A DNA stretch of 64,000 bases from IMG/VR virus record IMGVR_UViG_3300021255_001258, positions 1 to 64,000 of that record. The stretch is one strand, 5' to 3'. Positions 42,474 to 56,200 of the stretch are shown here, in pieces. Each line of letters starts with the position of its first letter. Position 1 is the stretch's first letter. Both the position numbers and the translations under genes were made by a program. The notes beneath the pieces are model-generated. The model worked only from the letters and a program-made list of their open reading frames with translations, searched no databases and was not told the DNA's origin. The DNA comes from a virus. Its lineage: Duplodnaviria > Caudoviricetes.

Positions 42474-45020
42474 TCAATTTATTTCACATACAAACTGCAT
42501 ACTATTTCCTATGATACTTGGGTCAACATATATACATCTTTGTGTTTTATATGGTGTGCTTGTATCAACTGACTGACCAGTTGCATTTATTCTATAATAT
42601 TTATATGTATATATATAATTCTCGGATGCGGTTACCCAAGATGTTCCGTTATATTGTTTAAGTGTACACGTTTTATTACTTGCGTTTAATTCATAATAAT
42701 AATCTCCACTAGAAGCAGGAGATGGAGCAACAGTTGAAAATACTAACGATTTTAGCGGATCAACTTCTTCTGCACCTCGATATACTCTTGTATATATAGC
42801 TCCACAACCTTGGCCATTTTTAAATTCACGAACAGTTGCAACAGTTTGTGCGGTATATGGATCTTGAATGTCGTCCACTGTATAGAAAGCCTCACATGTC
42901 GTTCCGCCATAAGCAGCCGTAGCCTTAAAGAATTCAAAGTCATCCACCATTGAAGCGGTTACGACCAAACTGGACGAAGTTGCGCCAGAAATAGGAGAGT
43001 ACGAACCATTTGTAAATTTATACCAAGTAATACTTGTCGGTGTTACAGCGTTCGCACCAAATACATAACGAAGCTTTAATGTTGTGCTTCCTTCCGAATT
43101 TCTAATAATTCCACCATCTTCGGAGTAAATCTAAAGAATGCTTGTTGTTTCGCCGTCAGATCCTTTAAGATTCTTTGTTAATACATATGTCGAATCTGTC
43201 GTAAACGTTCCACCATCTGTGCGAGTTGCGGTTAAACGAATTGTTATACTTGCTTGTTTTAAAGATGCTCCCCCTAACGTTGCTCCATTTGCAGCGCGTA
43301 ATACAAGGTTTCCATTCGAAGACGCGGTTCCGGCAGTATTTGTGGCAAGAGTTATACCACTCGGCAGAGAGGAAGTAATAGAAGCAGTGACAGGAATTTT
43401 GTTAATTCCGGCAAAAGCATAGAACGGAATTGTCAAATTTTGCTCACCGGATACTTTGCCATCTGGTGTACAAGGAAGAATATCCTAATGATTTACCAAT
43501 CCGACTGTATAGCCAGGAATGCCGTCCTAGCCATCTTCGCCAGAAATACCATCTCTTGTGATAACGACCAGCTATTCGTCCAATATTGTTGTTGTGTTTC
43601 CAGAAACATATAAACGGCATCTAATATTCAAAACAGATGTTGTACTGGGAGAGTAATGAACGATTGCTTCATCATTTGCGCTCGTATATTTATCAACATA
43701 TGCAACGCCATCTTCAGTTTCTGCAATTATGAATCGTCCAGAATAAGCATTTTTTGTCAGCGAAGATCCCGTCTTTGTATAAGCAGAAAATGTTACAGAC
43801 GTTGGTGTATACACATTATCTTCTGATAAATTCACAACATATGTATCCGGTGCAACTTCATATATAACCGCATCTTGACCATCAGAACCAGAACGAGATT
43901 TAGTTATTGTATAACGGGCATATAATTCGGAATATCCTTCACACGTACAAATAAAATCTACATAACTCGTCTATTGTGTGAGGGCGGTTGGAGTAAATAC
44001 TCTATCGACAAATGTGCCTTCCAAACCTGGACCAAGTGTTGCCACAATTTTCCATCTATAGTCCTGAACATAAATGTTGTTTTCATCAGTAAGAATCGTG
44101 TTATTCTCGTCCAATAATGTAAAAGCATCAAAACTTACATCTTCACCGCCTTCATATATATGAATGTCTGTAGACGCTCCATTAAACGTAATTACATTAC
44201 CTTCGTCATCACACGGAACATAATGAGACTGATTGCTTAGTACAACAGATACTGTCGAATCTCCCGCCGTCCCATCATATATTTTTATTATCTAATGAAT
44301 ATCATAAACATCTGGATCTGAAGTGGCTAACTTAATTGTGGCTGTTCTATTGTTAAGCCATATGCTATTTTCTGTAGCCATTACTGTTAATGTTGTTCCG
44401 CTTATAGACTGGTTATTTCCTGTAGGAAATGCGACATACTGCCCAGAAGAGTTAAGATACTGCCACTGACTAATAGAAACATTCGAAACATCTGCTGTTA
44501 ATACAATAGAATCAGAGCCGACAATATCTCTCGTCGAATCATATAAGAATGTACTCTCACCAGTGATATAGGCGTACTTAATATCAGAACCAGAAGTAAT
44601 AAGAGAGTATGTCAATGTATTTTGTGTACGTACAGTTACGCCAGTTGATGGATCTGCATAAGCTATATCACAAATATATGTGATTATTTTACTTTGCGAA
44701 TCAGCAAGTTTATTTGCCGATACTTCAAGAACACCATTATTCGCAGTTTCTCCAGTTGTCAGAGCGACCGCAGTTCCAGAGCCATCTCGTCTTGTATAAG
44801 ATATGGTGAGTCCACTCGCAGACAGCGAGAGAGAAGCACCATTAAAAGTAATAACCGGAGTAATTATCAAATGCGAAGAACTCCAGTCAGGTGTATAAGC
44901 GCTGTTATTAGGATTATATATCACGCTCGTAGGTTGATTGCTACTTAAATAACTTTGTAGATTACCAACGTCGAGGCTGTCCTAAATCGCAACGCTGCTA
45001 TATGCATGAATAACGGACAT
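42474..45020 (-). CDS. tail protein with Ig-like repeats, about 848 aa with TAG=Gln
   Basis: Four same-frame fragments; ATG at 45020 with AGGAGG; ends TGA. Confidence 0.8.
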
Positions 45021-45032
45021 ATATTACCTCCT

Positions 45033-48000
45033 TTATGACGTTGAAATTCCATTATCCCACTGGAAGTGACATACAAAATTTGCATTTCTAACAATATCAC
45101 TTCCACTAATTGTTAAAATTTTTGTTCCGGTTGAATGAGCATTATTCCATGCTGTATCTCCAGCCGAGTCAGATGAAGACCTAGACCAGACAAAATATTC
45201 GCCACTATAGTCTTCGGTGACTTCAATACCGTTACGAAGTAAGTGTGCAATTAATCTAACATTTCCGCCACTTATATCAATGCCATCCGGTGTTTCTATA
45301 CGGATAGTATAAGTTGCAGACTCTTCAAGGCCGGTAGAAATACGACCTAGTTCATTTGTTGTATTATTAACAAAGGTTGTATACTGAACACCCCACGCTT
45401 CTTCTCCATTGTAAATCTGTGTAAGCTATACTCTGTCTCCAGTTTTCATTACGCTAAATCCAAGTCTGTCTTCGCTAATTGTTCCGGTACGAATCATATC
45501 ATTTCTTATTAATTGATCCGGCACTGCATTCTCGGTAATTCCTTGCGGAGTAAGAACAGTGGCACCATCTGAATTACGAAGAATTAAACTTGGCTGTTGG
45601 TTTGTATCATATCCAAGCTGAATGCCAACATATTCATTGTCGTTTTCATCTTTGCCTATAATCTGGAGAGCAGTACCGTCCATAATCATGGCACCATTCT
45701 CGGATAAAATCTTCATATTTTCTGTAAGAACTATATTTCCGGCAGCAAGGTCTGCAACCCCAAGTTTGTTAATAACAGCACTTTGTATATAAGCATCATC
45801 AACAATACTGGACACAGATGTGGACATTAATGATTGTAAACTTCTTGTAAATGTTGTATTTGCAAGAATGGCATCCGCATTAAGGACGTCAACATTAGCA
45901 AGAGCAGCCTCAAGCGTTTCAACCGTGATTTCTCCGGCTTCTATATATGGAGAAATAATCTCGCCAAAATACGCCATATCACCAGTGATATTATGAACAT
46001 CAATCTCAAGAGCATTAATAGCATTTGAATTAATAATATTCGATGTTAGCGTCTCAAAATCACCGGTTTCACCAACGATCTATGTGGCATTAATTGTAGC
46101 TGTGCTAATATAATCTCCGGTAATCTCGGTAATACTGTCAGTACCAACACGAATAATCTCGGAAGATAATTCAGATATTTCAGCCTAATCAGCACGGAGA
46201 ACTTCGGTAACAATATATTCAGAATCTATATACTAAGTGAACAACTCATTAAATTCCGCCGTTTCGCCAACAATATGAGTAACATTAATTTCGGCAGCAT
46301 CAATTTGTTCAGAAACTATATGACTAATATTTCCTTGAATAGCACTGATTGTAGCCGTAGTTACATCTCCAACGATTCCACCACCAATGTCCGTACTGTA
46401 TGATCCCATATAACTGCTGAATGTAGAATTGTTTAATAGCCTAAGAACAAACGCAGTATCTACATTAATATCAGAACCATCTACTGTCCGTGTAAGAGTA
46501 GCATATACCTAATTCTTGGAAGAGCGGTTCTCGCTGTTCATTAATGACACAAAGTCATTTCTTTCACTGGCATACTATGTCATATTGGAAAATGTCAAAT
46601 CTATTGTAGGTTCAATCAAGAATGGATTAAAACCTATAGATGTCACACGGAGTTTAACTTGAAAATCTTCCCTCATTGCTACACGGATAAAGTTTCCAAC
46701 TTCAAGTTGACCGTGCCATGCCTTAAATTCCGGCATAAGCAGAAGATTATCCTGCGTTGTAGAGAATGTCCACTAGGGCTATGAGTCTGCTTCAAGCTGT
46801 TTCTTTGCATCCAAATATAACTCATATGCTTTATTTACCCATTCCTCGCCAGTACTGATGCTTGTAGTGATTATATTCTCATTCACATAGTCAGTGTGAA
46901 TCCTATATCTATCAAGAAGCCATAAATCATCATCAATAAATCCGAATCTGGAATTTGTAATGTTTACATCATCTTTGATTGCATTCATTTGATTTTGATA
47001 ATCATCAACAACATCCATGGCATCATTATATTCCTAAAGACGAACAGCATATACATCCTTACATTCTTCAAGAGCCTCATTGTATTTCAAATATAACTCA
47101 TACTGTTTTTGCGCATATGCATCACCTTGTTCACCAGGCACATTAAATCCACGCTTCTCCAATGTTGTTACGCTATTGGTTAATGTCGTAATCATTGACT
47201 TCAACTCGCCAACACCATATGAGTCGCCATATCTGTCAAAATCATACATATATCCATCATAGTACGGACGAGTATCAGACGCAGACGAAACACCTCGATT
47301 ATAAAGCGCAATATCAAGGTTTGGAATAATTTGTTCTTTTAACAATATATAGTACTGATAATCTTCTGGTGACGCTTCAGCGAGGGCCTCTTCACCGATA
47401 AATTCACCTTCTTCGTCCACATATGTGGTTTCGATCCCAACCATTATTGATTCTTGGCTGGCACGTTCATTAACCAACTCGTCGTCCGATAGAGTAGAGT
47501 ATTGTGCAGTATCTACCATGTCCACTGGCACACGGTCATATATTTCGTCCGCAACCTACTAAGCATTACGGCGAAGAATAGAAGCGTCCATATAATCTTG
47601 ACGTCTGGACTCTCGGTAATCTCGCCAGTATATATATTTGTCAATAAATTCTTGACTAAAATTATCAGTATTTAGAAAATAATCAATATTCTCAATCCAG
47701 TTCTCACCGAAGTTTGCCTCGATGACATCGAGATTTTCTCCGCCGGAAACGTGATAAAGAGTATATAATTGCTTTTCGGAATTTCTGGTAACAGAGTTCT
47801 ATATATTATGAAAGCTCAAATACACATTCGTATCATTTCCCAAGTTGTGAATTTTATAAACATTGACAGTATAATTCTCAGTGTCGAAAACAAACATACA
47901 TTCAAAATATGTTGCAACTTCCTATGTGAGGAAACTATATATGTCCTAAGAATCTACTTCAAATCTGCCAACCATATTTGCAAGTTTTATATGATCAGCC

Positions 48001-48941
48001 TCAACAGGAGAATCCGCATCAATCCAATCGTCAACATATCCAACTTTCCAACCATGGTCATCCAGTATGATATTAAGCAAGGATAACTCGCGCATACGTT
48101 TGGCCTCGTTATCAACAACCTGTTTGATACTATACACTCCAGATGTTTCGTCATTCTTAACTATTTGTGTATTGACGGTCAAGTGAATATATCTGCGAAG
48201 CTCTGGATAATTAGTACACAATACCAGTACTGTATTTTTTCTTTCGGGAGTATTCGCTTTTATTGTTCCGATATAACCCTCAAGTCTATTTGCTGTCGAT
48301 GGCCGTCCAGCTTCTCTGTATGCATCAGCAGCATCCTATAAATCTTCATCTAATCTTGAATAATCAAAGTCTATACGCCACGAATAAAGAATTTGAGGAT
48401 GTTCATATATGGGATCACCTTCCAAATCAGAAACCGTAGAGCCATAAAACTCGTTCGACAGCGCATCCAAATCAGTTGTGTCTCTATAGAACAAAACCTA
48501 ATCCTAGAATGCATAATAGCCATTAGCCGGATATTTATTGTCCGTTGCCAACATTTCTTTTGAAGAAACAGAGGCTGTGTTTATCTCAAAATTCACAAGA
48601 TCGTATTGTTGTAGCTCAATTTCAAGCGATTCGGCGCGAACCGATTTAGTTTCAATATTACCATCGCTTTCAATGACCGGTTCTTCGTTGATTTTAAACC
48701 AGCCCTTACCAGGCATACATAATTCAAAATGTTGCTGAATCAAGTCATATACCGGATTTATTTCACCATTGATGTCACGAGATACGGTGAATTCAAGCAA
48801 ACTGGTATTGTTTAAATTGCGTTCATAATGACAAGTATCCTCTTGAATGCCTGGAATTGCCCCAACAAGTCTTTGTCCCGGTCTTCCAAGATATATCATT
48901 GTAGGTTCAAGATTACCGTAAACATCGTAAGATGTGTCCAT
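45033..48941 (-). CDS. tail tip / hub protein, about 1302 aa with TAG=Gln
   Basis: Five same-frame fragments; follows the Dit-like gene; ends TAA at 45033. Confidence 0.75.
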
Positions 48942-49783
48942 TAATATGCACCCACCTTCCTTGGTTCACGAAATTCTATTCTGATGTCTGCCTGCCCGGT
49001 GATACTAATTCGATTGTCTCCATTATATAATTTTGGCCAATATATTTCACCAACGTCGGCTATGCCAATATCATCAAAAGTGAACATCCCGTTTGTCCCA
49101 TACACCATAGCTTTTTGAGAATCAATAATCGTTTTTAATTTATGTAATCTAAGATTTAAAGACTTCCCATCTTCAGCATTCGCAATTGTTATGGGAACTC
49201 GATAATTGTCTAAATCTGCATCTATATTTGGAGTAATGGTAATGATGGGATAAATAGGACTATTCGGTTCACTTGTATCAACGTGGATTGTCACTTCGGT
49301 AGTATCATGAGTGGTTGCTTCATAATGAATTCCTTTTTGTTCTCCCCATGCATACGGCGAATTTGTTGTAAATGTCATTGTAAAACCAATAACTCCGTCT
49401 GGCGTTGTTTGCGTCTAAACATCCGAGAAAAGTCCAAAGTAATCATATTTATTATAAATATCCGGCTCGTCAGCATACATATGAAATAGGGTAGGATACT
49501 ATGGAGCGGTAAGCCATGATACGATTTCATCAACTTCGTCTTCTGTGAATATATATCTGTCACTATCCGAGCATTGACTTTTTACCATCTGAATTGTAAA
49601 TACAAGCGGTTCCTGATAAGCTGTTCCCATATGATTGGGGATGATTCTATAGCGGTTCATTGTCCCGCGCAAAATTTCCCGGTTCATGGCGAGTGGGAGA
49701 TCAAAGTCTAAATTAAATCCGCCAACCATCAAATCATAGTCTTCTGATGTTGCGCCGTTGTAATAAAAATAATTACCATACAT
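48941..49783 (-). CDS. distal tail (Dit)-like protein, 280 aa with TAG=Gln
   Basis: FYYNG..S.DY, IVSWLT, FTTNSPYAW, WPKLYNGDN; TAGs at 49499 and 49415. Confidence 0.75.
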
Positions 49784-49840
49784 AGCCTTCCTCCTTTCTT
49801 TTATAGGGCGAGTCGTGACCCGCCCTTAATAATCAAAAAA

Positions 49841-50347
49841 TCAATATTCTGGGAAACCTGCCTCAATATACTCTGTATATCGTTTTCTAATATATGCAAT
49901 TGCCAAGTCAGCTTCCCCATTCGCCATTCCTTTGGCTTTTAGTATTCTTTCATATTCCTCATATGTGTTAAGCACATGATTATATGCCTCTCTATCATAT
50001 TCACGCTTACGAATTGCATTGGCAAAATCCAGTATTACCCAACGCTTTCTTTCAATTTCATTCATTGTCTCACGTTCATCTATCTTATTAATTTTATCTA
50101 ACAGCAATTCTTGTGTTTCGACAACTTTCTTCTATGTATCACGAAGAGAGTCTGTCTCTGTTTTTATTCTTTCTATCTCTTCATATACTTTTTTCTTTTC
50201 AAGACTTGTCTTTGTTTCAATACCAAATCTAGTTGTAAAGAAATCTATCAATTTAATTAAAAACTGTATTGCCACAAATGCAGCAATCACAGTAAGAAAA
50301 ATCGTGATCTTATTCGGACTCTCCAAAACTGCCTATATCTCGCCCAT
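49841..50347 (-). CDS. membrane-anchored lysis-cassette protein, 168 aa with TAG=Gln
   Basis: N-terminal TM helix, coiled coil, RW.ILDFAN..YE..NG; TAGs at 50333 and 50132. Confidence 0.65.
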
Positions 50348-50352
50348 GGTTA

Positions 50353-51960
50353 TCACGCTCTCACTACGTAAGACGCGCTTACATAACCATAGTATTTTCC
50401 GGCAATTCTGACATAGAACCACTTGCCACCATTTGCAGCAGTAGCTTCGTCACATACATCAATAAGATTGTCTTTATTCAGAATTGGATATGTCACCAAT
50501 TGAGAATAAGAAGTGCCTGGGCCAGTACGGACATTAAGTTGATTAACGGTAACCTTACCAGTATATTTAGGAGTTTTATTAAGCATGGAAGAGGGTGTTT
50601 TTGCAGATTCAACAAGTGTATTGAGCTTGTTCCATGTAAGTGGCCCAACAATGCCGTCCGCTTCAAGACCGTATTTTTTCTGGAAGTTGATAACAGCTAC
50701 ATTTGTTTTTGATCCAAAATCACCATCTGCTTCGATGTTATAACCAAGCACTCTCAGCTTGGATTGAAGCTCCATTACGGCGGTTCCAGCGGATCCTTTC
50801 TGAACGGTCGGATGCGAAACAGTGGTGGTTGAAGATGCGGTTGTCGCACTTCCAAACCGAAGAATATGTGTCCACGGGTAATTCCGGTATGCGCGAATGA
50901 GAATCTCCCGGTTAGTCTAATCGCCGGGGATGGAATTATGAGCACCACCCTTTTCGTTAATACTGGCCTCGACCTCCATGCCATTACCACAATACATAGC
51001 TACATGGTGGACTGTATTCAGAAGCACATCTCCACGAAGGAGTCCTGCACCAGTTGCAAGGTTTACAGTTTTAGTCACATCCTTGAAGCCACATTTTATA
51101 AATACACCGTACATATTTCCGGTATATGTTGCACCTTTGGTTTTAACCGGAACCCCTGCTTGTTCCCAAGCCTCAATAGTCAAACTAGAACAATCATAGT
51201 CTGGACCCCATCTATTGTCCTAACTATAACCATGCGAATTATCATTGGCAATTTTTTCCATAAATGAAATTGCTTTTTCAACTTTGCTTACAGTTGTCAT
51301 TTTATCCACCTCCTTTTGCGCTGCATCTCCAGTAGAAGTATAACCGCTTACTCCATTAACAAGCTTATCAATATATTCCTTATCAAATGTACTGATATCA
51401 GTATTACCACCATTGAGTTTAAACTTTGAAGAGTATTGCCATCCTACTTCACCAATATTCGGGCGCAAACGCTCAACTATCACTCCAGTGTCATTGTTTG
51501 GATAAGCTGCAATCCAATAGTCGAAACCCATTTCTTTACCACCAATTTGACTATGAACCCACTTGCCGGTATAAATTCCAAAATGATATCCGGCAGAAGT
51601 AATGATGTCCGCAAAAGCATGAATCATCTTTTTGAGTTGTTCCTTCGGCAAATATATCTGACTTGAATCTTCAACATCAAGCCAGACACCTAAAGGACAT
51701 TTGCGGTGATTTAGCGCTTTCAATACTTCAGTTGCTTCTTTCTTGATTTCTGCTTCGGTCTTTGCATAACTATACTTATACACCCCGCAGACAAGCCCAT
51801 TGTCCGTACAACCATTCCAATGAGTTTCAAATTTTGAATCAACCTTATTGCCTTTTTCGGTAATGCGGATGATTGCCCCTTTTAATCCATACTACTTCAG
51901 CTAGGCATACGGAACATTTGAGTTCCATGCACTGATGTCAATGATTTTATAATCAGCCAT
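50353..51960 (-). CDS. multidomain endolysin (GH25, NlpC/P60, PG-binding, SH3b), 535 aa with TAG=Gln
   Basis: IDISAWN, WLDVED, WQYSS; YS(TAG)DNRWGPDYDCSS, HHVAMY, GD(TAG)TNREI; DGDFG..FQKK.GL.ADGIVG; LNVRTGPG; TAGs at 51901, 51892, 51220, 50917. Confidence 0.9.
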
Positions 51961-51995
51961 TGTTTTCCTCCTTTCTGAGAGTAGGATTCTACTCA

Positions 51996-52388
51996 TCAAT
52001 CTATAGTCTTGTTTTCTTCAATAATTTTCCGCAGTGTTTTCAGAGCGTTATCAATCTGTTCGTCAATCCAAGCTACAAGTTGCTCCTGATCTTGGACTCT
52101 GGCCAGAATCGGAAAATCAGCATAAATTTTCTAGATTACCTGAGATCTCTTAATTTCCCCGGCTTTTACATAATCCTGATACTCGACCTCTGCATCTGTA
52201 ATCATTTTAAGGATAGTAGAGCGGATTTGTTCTTTCGCAATCGCAATTCGTTCTTCCTCGGATTTGGTGAAGAAATTATAAATCTTCTTAAAAAGACCAA
52301 ATGCAAGACCAAGGATTGCAATAATCAGAGGCCAGTTATCATTAATAAGTTGCAAAAAGTTTTTAATACCATGCAGAATTGTAGTCAT
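51996..52388 (-). CDS. holin-like protein, 130 aa with TAG=Gln
   Basis: One TM helix, AE....AG..KRSQV..I; TAG at 52131; directly upstream of the endolysin. Confidence 0.65.
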
Positions 52389-52402
52389 AATTATTCCTCC
52401 TA

Positions 52403-52684
52403 TTAGCCAACTGGCTCATCGTCGTCAACTGCGCTATTAAGTTCTTGTGTTCTGTCAAGCATCGCCATGTCATAAGTGATGCCGCCAACTGTGTTCTGAG
52501 CCTTGCTCTTGTTGAAGTACCCCAGAACAATCGGTACTAAAGATACCGGAACTCCAATCAAAGCATACATTGCCGACAAATCTCCATACTTATTCATCAT
52601 GATTTCCGCAAAGATAATTATTTCAATGCAGATTATAAAAACAACCAGTAACACAAGTTTACTGGTGGATATCTTTTTCTTCAT
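52403..52684 (-). CDS. two-TM holin-like protein
   Basis: MKKKISTSKLVL, two hydrophobic helices, KSKAQNT.GGITYD. Confidence 0.6.
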   Translation of the reverse strand: MKKKISTSKLVLLVVFIICIEIIIFAEIMMNKYGDLSAMYALIGVPVSLVPIVLGYFNKSKAQNTVGGITYDMAMLDRTQELNSAVDDDEPVG

Positions 52685-52697
52685 AAGGATCGCCTCC

Positions 52698-53192
52698 TTA
52701 CTCGCCAAGAATGGCGTCAAGCATATTTACATCTTCAAACGTGAGCGTTGTGTCGTCCGGTAAAGACTCGACAAACGTATCCATGTTGATTTCTTTATAT
52801 TCATATTCATGTTTTTCTGCGAGAATATCATTTAGTTCCTGTTGTAGTTTAGACATTGCAACTTGGTATGCATCAATGAATTCGTCCTTAATCTGTCGAA
52901 CAGTTTCCTCGACTTCTTTACCGTCTTCATCCAGTACATATTCGCCGTTTTCATCTTTCTTCGGGCGAGTAATTTCTTCAGATTTTTCTTCGCCAAAATA
53001 TTCATCACGGATTTTCTGGATTTCAGAGTCACGGAATTCTTCAAACTTCTGAGCGTCGGGCAGAAGAGTAGCAATAGCATTCTTCAACGCCCAACGAGTT
53101 TTCAGCCCCATAGCAGCATTCTTTTCTTCAGTAAGCTGATTCTGAAATGCAACGATATTTAAAACTTCAAGTGTGTTAAATGTTTTCTTCAT
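52698..53192 (-). CDS. acidic hypothetical protein, paralog of 30777-31284
   Basis: MKKTFNTLEVLNIV..LDAILGE. Confidence 0.75.
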   Translation of the reverse strand: MKKTFNTLEVLNIVAFQNQLTEEKNAAMGLKTRWALKNAIATLLPDAQKFEEFRDSEIQKIRDEYFGEEKSEEITRPKKDENGEYVLDEDGKEVEETVRQIKDEFIDAYQVAMSKLQQELNDILAEKHEYEYKEINMDTFVESLPDDTTLTFEDVNMLDAILGE

Positions 53193-53214
53193 AGTACATC
53201 TCCTTTAAATCATT

Positions 53215-53244
53215 AAAAATAAGGGGCAGATTTCTCCGCCCCTT
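53215..53244 (-). terminator. terminator after the tape measure gene
   Basis: AAGGGGCGGA..TCTGCCCCTT followed by ATTTTT. Confidence 0.65.
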
Positions 53245-53253
53245 GTAACATTA

Positions 53254-56200
53254 TTATTTTCTACCGAGTTTTCTTGCTTCTCTAGCATTATATTTGTTTG
53301 TGTATTCACATGCTTGCTTCAAGATATCCTGAAGTTCTGGTAATACATCTCTGGTTACATCTCCCTAAACAGTCAACAGCGATTCATAATTGTTGGTGAT
53401 ATTTGTAGACTGGTCAACTTGAGACGGAATACTCGGCATCTTCATTTGAATGAATGTGTGTGGATCAATTGCGCCCCATTTCATAAGATTTTCTGTAAGA
53501 TTTGCGGGGATTACTCCATCACCTTTAGAGAGAGGAGTGAGGTATGCACCGTCTTTGCGAACGAGGAGTTCGCCGGAGTGCGTCCAGTGAGAGCCAGTAT
53601 ATGGAATACTTGTTATTCCTTTTGCATAGCCTTTCTTTGAAGATTTCCAGCCAGTATCTTTAAGTTTCTTGAGAAGAGCAGCAGCTTGCGTTTCGTTCAA
53701 AGATTTCTGATTAGCGGTTACACCGGAGATTTTTTGATCTACTGCAAGCTATACAAGTTCTTTGTCTGTTGGTGTTTTGCCAGTTATACCTTTTATATAT
53801 TCTTTGAGATTCTATTCTTCGGCTTTCTTTATATCACTTGTGATATTACCTGAACTTGTGGTTGCTGCATTTGATGCTGTAATCTTTGTAGTTTTATTAT
53901 CACTCTTGAAACTTGTTGTGCTTGCAAGGCTTTTGCCATAATTTGCGGACAACACATATCCTTCAAGGTCAAATCCATTATACTGTAAAGCCGTTACAAT
54001 AGCTTTCTTTTGAGCATCTGTTAACTTCTTTCCACTTGCTTCTGTCGGTAGTCCAGAAACATTTGTATATGCTTTACCAATATGTAACATTTCAGCTTCG
54101 GTTAAGTCTTGACCTGTTGTATCATATATATACTTCCATAAAACATCACTTTGTTTTGTCGTAACTGTTCCAGCATCCGGCGTTCTATTTCTTGAATATA
54201 TATATTGACCTGCACCTTGATTTGTTCCAAAACCATACTGCTTCATTGCTGCCAGGATTTTATTACGAGCATCCATTGAAAGATCTTCTTCTTTGGTAAC
54301 TTTGCTCTTATATGGAACGCCCTCAAGATCAGCCCCAAAATCTCTCAGATATTGCGCCAAATGGGCCATTTCTGTAGCTGAAGCATCTTTTCCACCAGTA
54401 AGCTTGTAAAGATAATTCCACAAAGCATCATCTTTATGATTATTAATAGCTTCTGTACTTGCAACTTTACGGGAAGCAGCATAGTTATACATCTTTGTAA
54501 GAGTATTTCTACGTGCTTTTGCCTGTGTAGCAGTTTCTCCACCGGCAGCTTGTTCTGCTTTTTTCTTATCATCCGCATCAGTGTAGCTTGTCTTTTGTTG
54601 GCCGTTTGCCTCAAGACCTCCAACCATTTCCTCATAAGCGGAACGATATTCTCTCATTGCTGTTGTGAGAAGACCAAGATTCTCAAGAGCTTCTTGCGCT
54701 CCTACTGTCATGAATCGAATTGGGTTTGTGCTTATATTATCAACAACGGTTTCCCACTATGTCTAGAAAGAAGAAAGCGTACCTTCATTTTCTTGAACCT
54801 AAGCAGCCCATGCTTGAAGTGGTGCGAGAGTACCATTCAAGTCATCAATTTGTTTTTCTGCTGTTTTTCCGACTACGGTTCCGGTTTGTTTTATCTTAGC
54901 TTGAATTGCACTATATGCACTATCATAATTCTGTTCAACTCGTTTAAGCATCATCGCAACTACTTGCTCTTGAGCTTCTGCATTTCCTTCAACATATTTA
55001 AGCGTATCATCAAGATTCTTTTGTGCTTTGTTTGACAATTCATCGTATCCTTGCTGTTGCATATCTATGCTGTGTTGATAACGAGTATCCGCAAGATCGT
55101 CTTCTTTCTCAGAAATCTAAGCCTTTACTTGTGCAAGGCGGGCTTTCGTCGCAGCATCTTGTACACCGGTAAGGGCTGCCGCTTCTGCGCGAAGCTGTTG
55201 CAATTCTTTATTTTTGCCCTAAAGAGTACGGTTATAATCGTAATAACTCTTTTTGGCTGACAGGCTCTTCTTTCTAAGGTCGATAAGTTCTTGTAATGCA
55301 CGATTCTCATTTGTAATCTACGTCTTATATACATCAATAATGGATTTCTTCAGTTGCTCATTTGCAGACACACTCTGCTGAATTGTCTCTATATGCTGAC
55401 GAGATTCTTCTTCGTATTGCTCCATGGAAATAATTCCAGCGTCATATTCCTCATGTAGTTTCTCAAGAGCGCCACGTTCATTTGCAATAAGTTGATTGTA
55501 ATTCTGAATCTCTGCACCATAGAGCGCAAGTTTTGCGTATCCTTCTTCTGTGATTTCAATTTGGTCACCAGTATCAAATATTTCTGCATCGCTAATAAGA
55601 CTATTGAGATGTTCAAAGTCAGACACTGTTTCTTTAATAATTCTCTGAATTCTTTCGAACGGCTCCCATCTAGTCTTACGAATTGCCTCAGAAAGTTCAA
55701 TGTTGGCAGTAGCAAGAGAGATGGCAGTCTCACGAAGTTGCTGAAGTTTTGCATAACCTTCATTCCACTTATCAGAACCAGGCTCCCATTGTTTCATTTG
55801 CTCTGCAAGAGCAGCGGACTGTTTATCAATCTGAACGATTTCCAAATTGTTTGTATCTATCTGTCCTTGATATGCAGTTCTTCTTTGTGCAATAGATTTC
55901 TGCATCGTGCTTACATCTACACTTGGGAAATTCTTACGAGTCCCAACTTTTTCATAATAACCAGCAATACCTTTAAGAGCACTTGAGAAACGACTTAATC
56001 TTTCTATGGCTTGACCAATAGCGTCAATATCAAGCTGTTTTATTTTGTCGCCCATCTCTACAATAGCAGTATTGGTATCCCAAATGCTTGCCTCAAGATC
56101 AAATAATTTGGCTTTGGCTTCATGATATTCGTCAGTATTTTTCTTGCCAGCCGCCTCTAAATCACTAATGATCTTGGTATATTCGGTATATTGAGACGAC

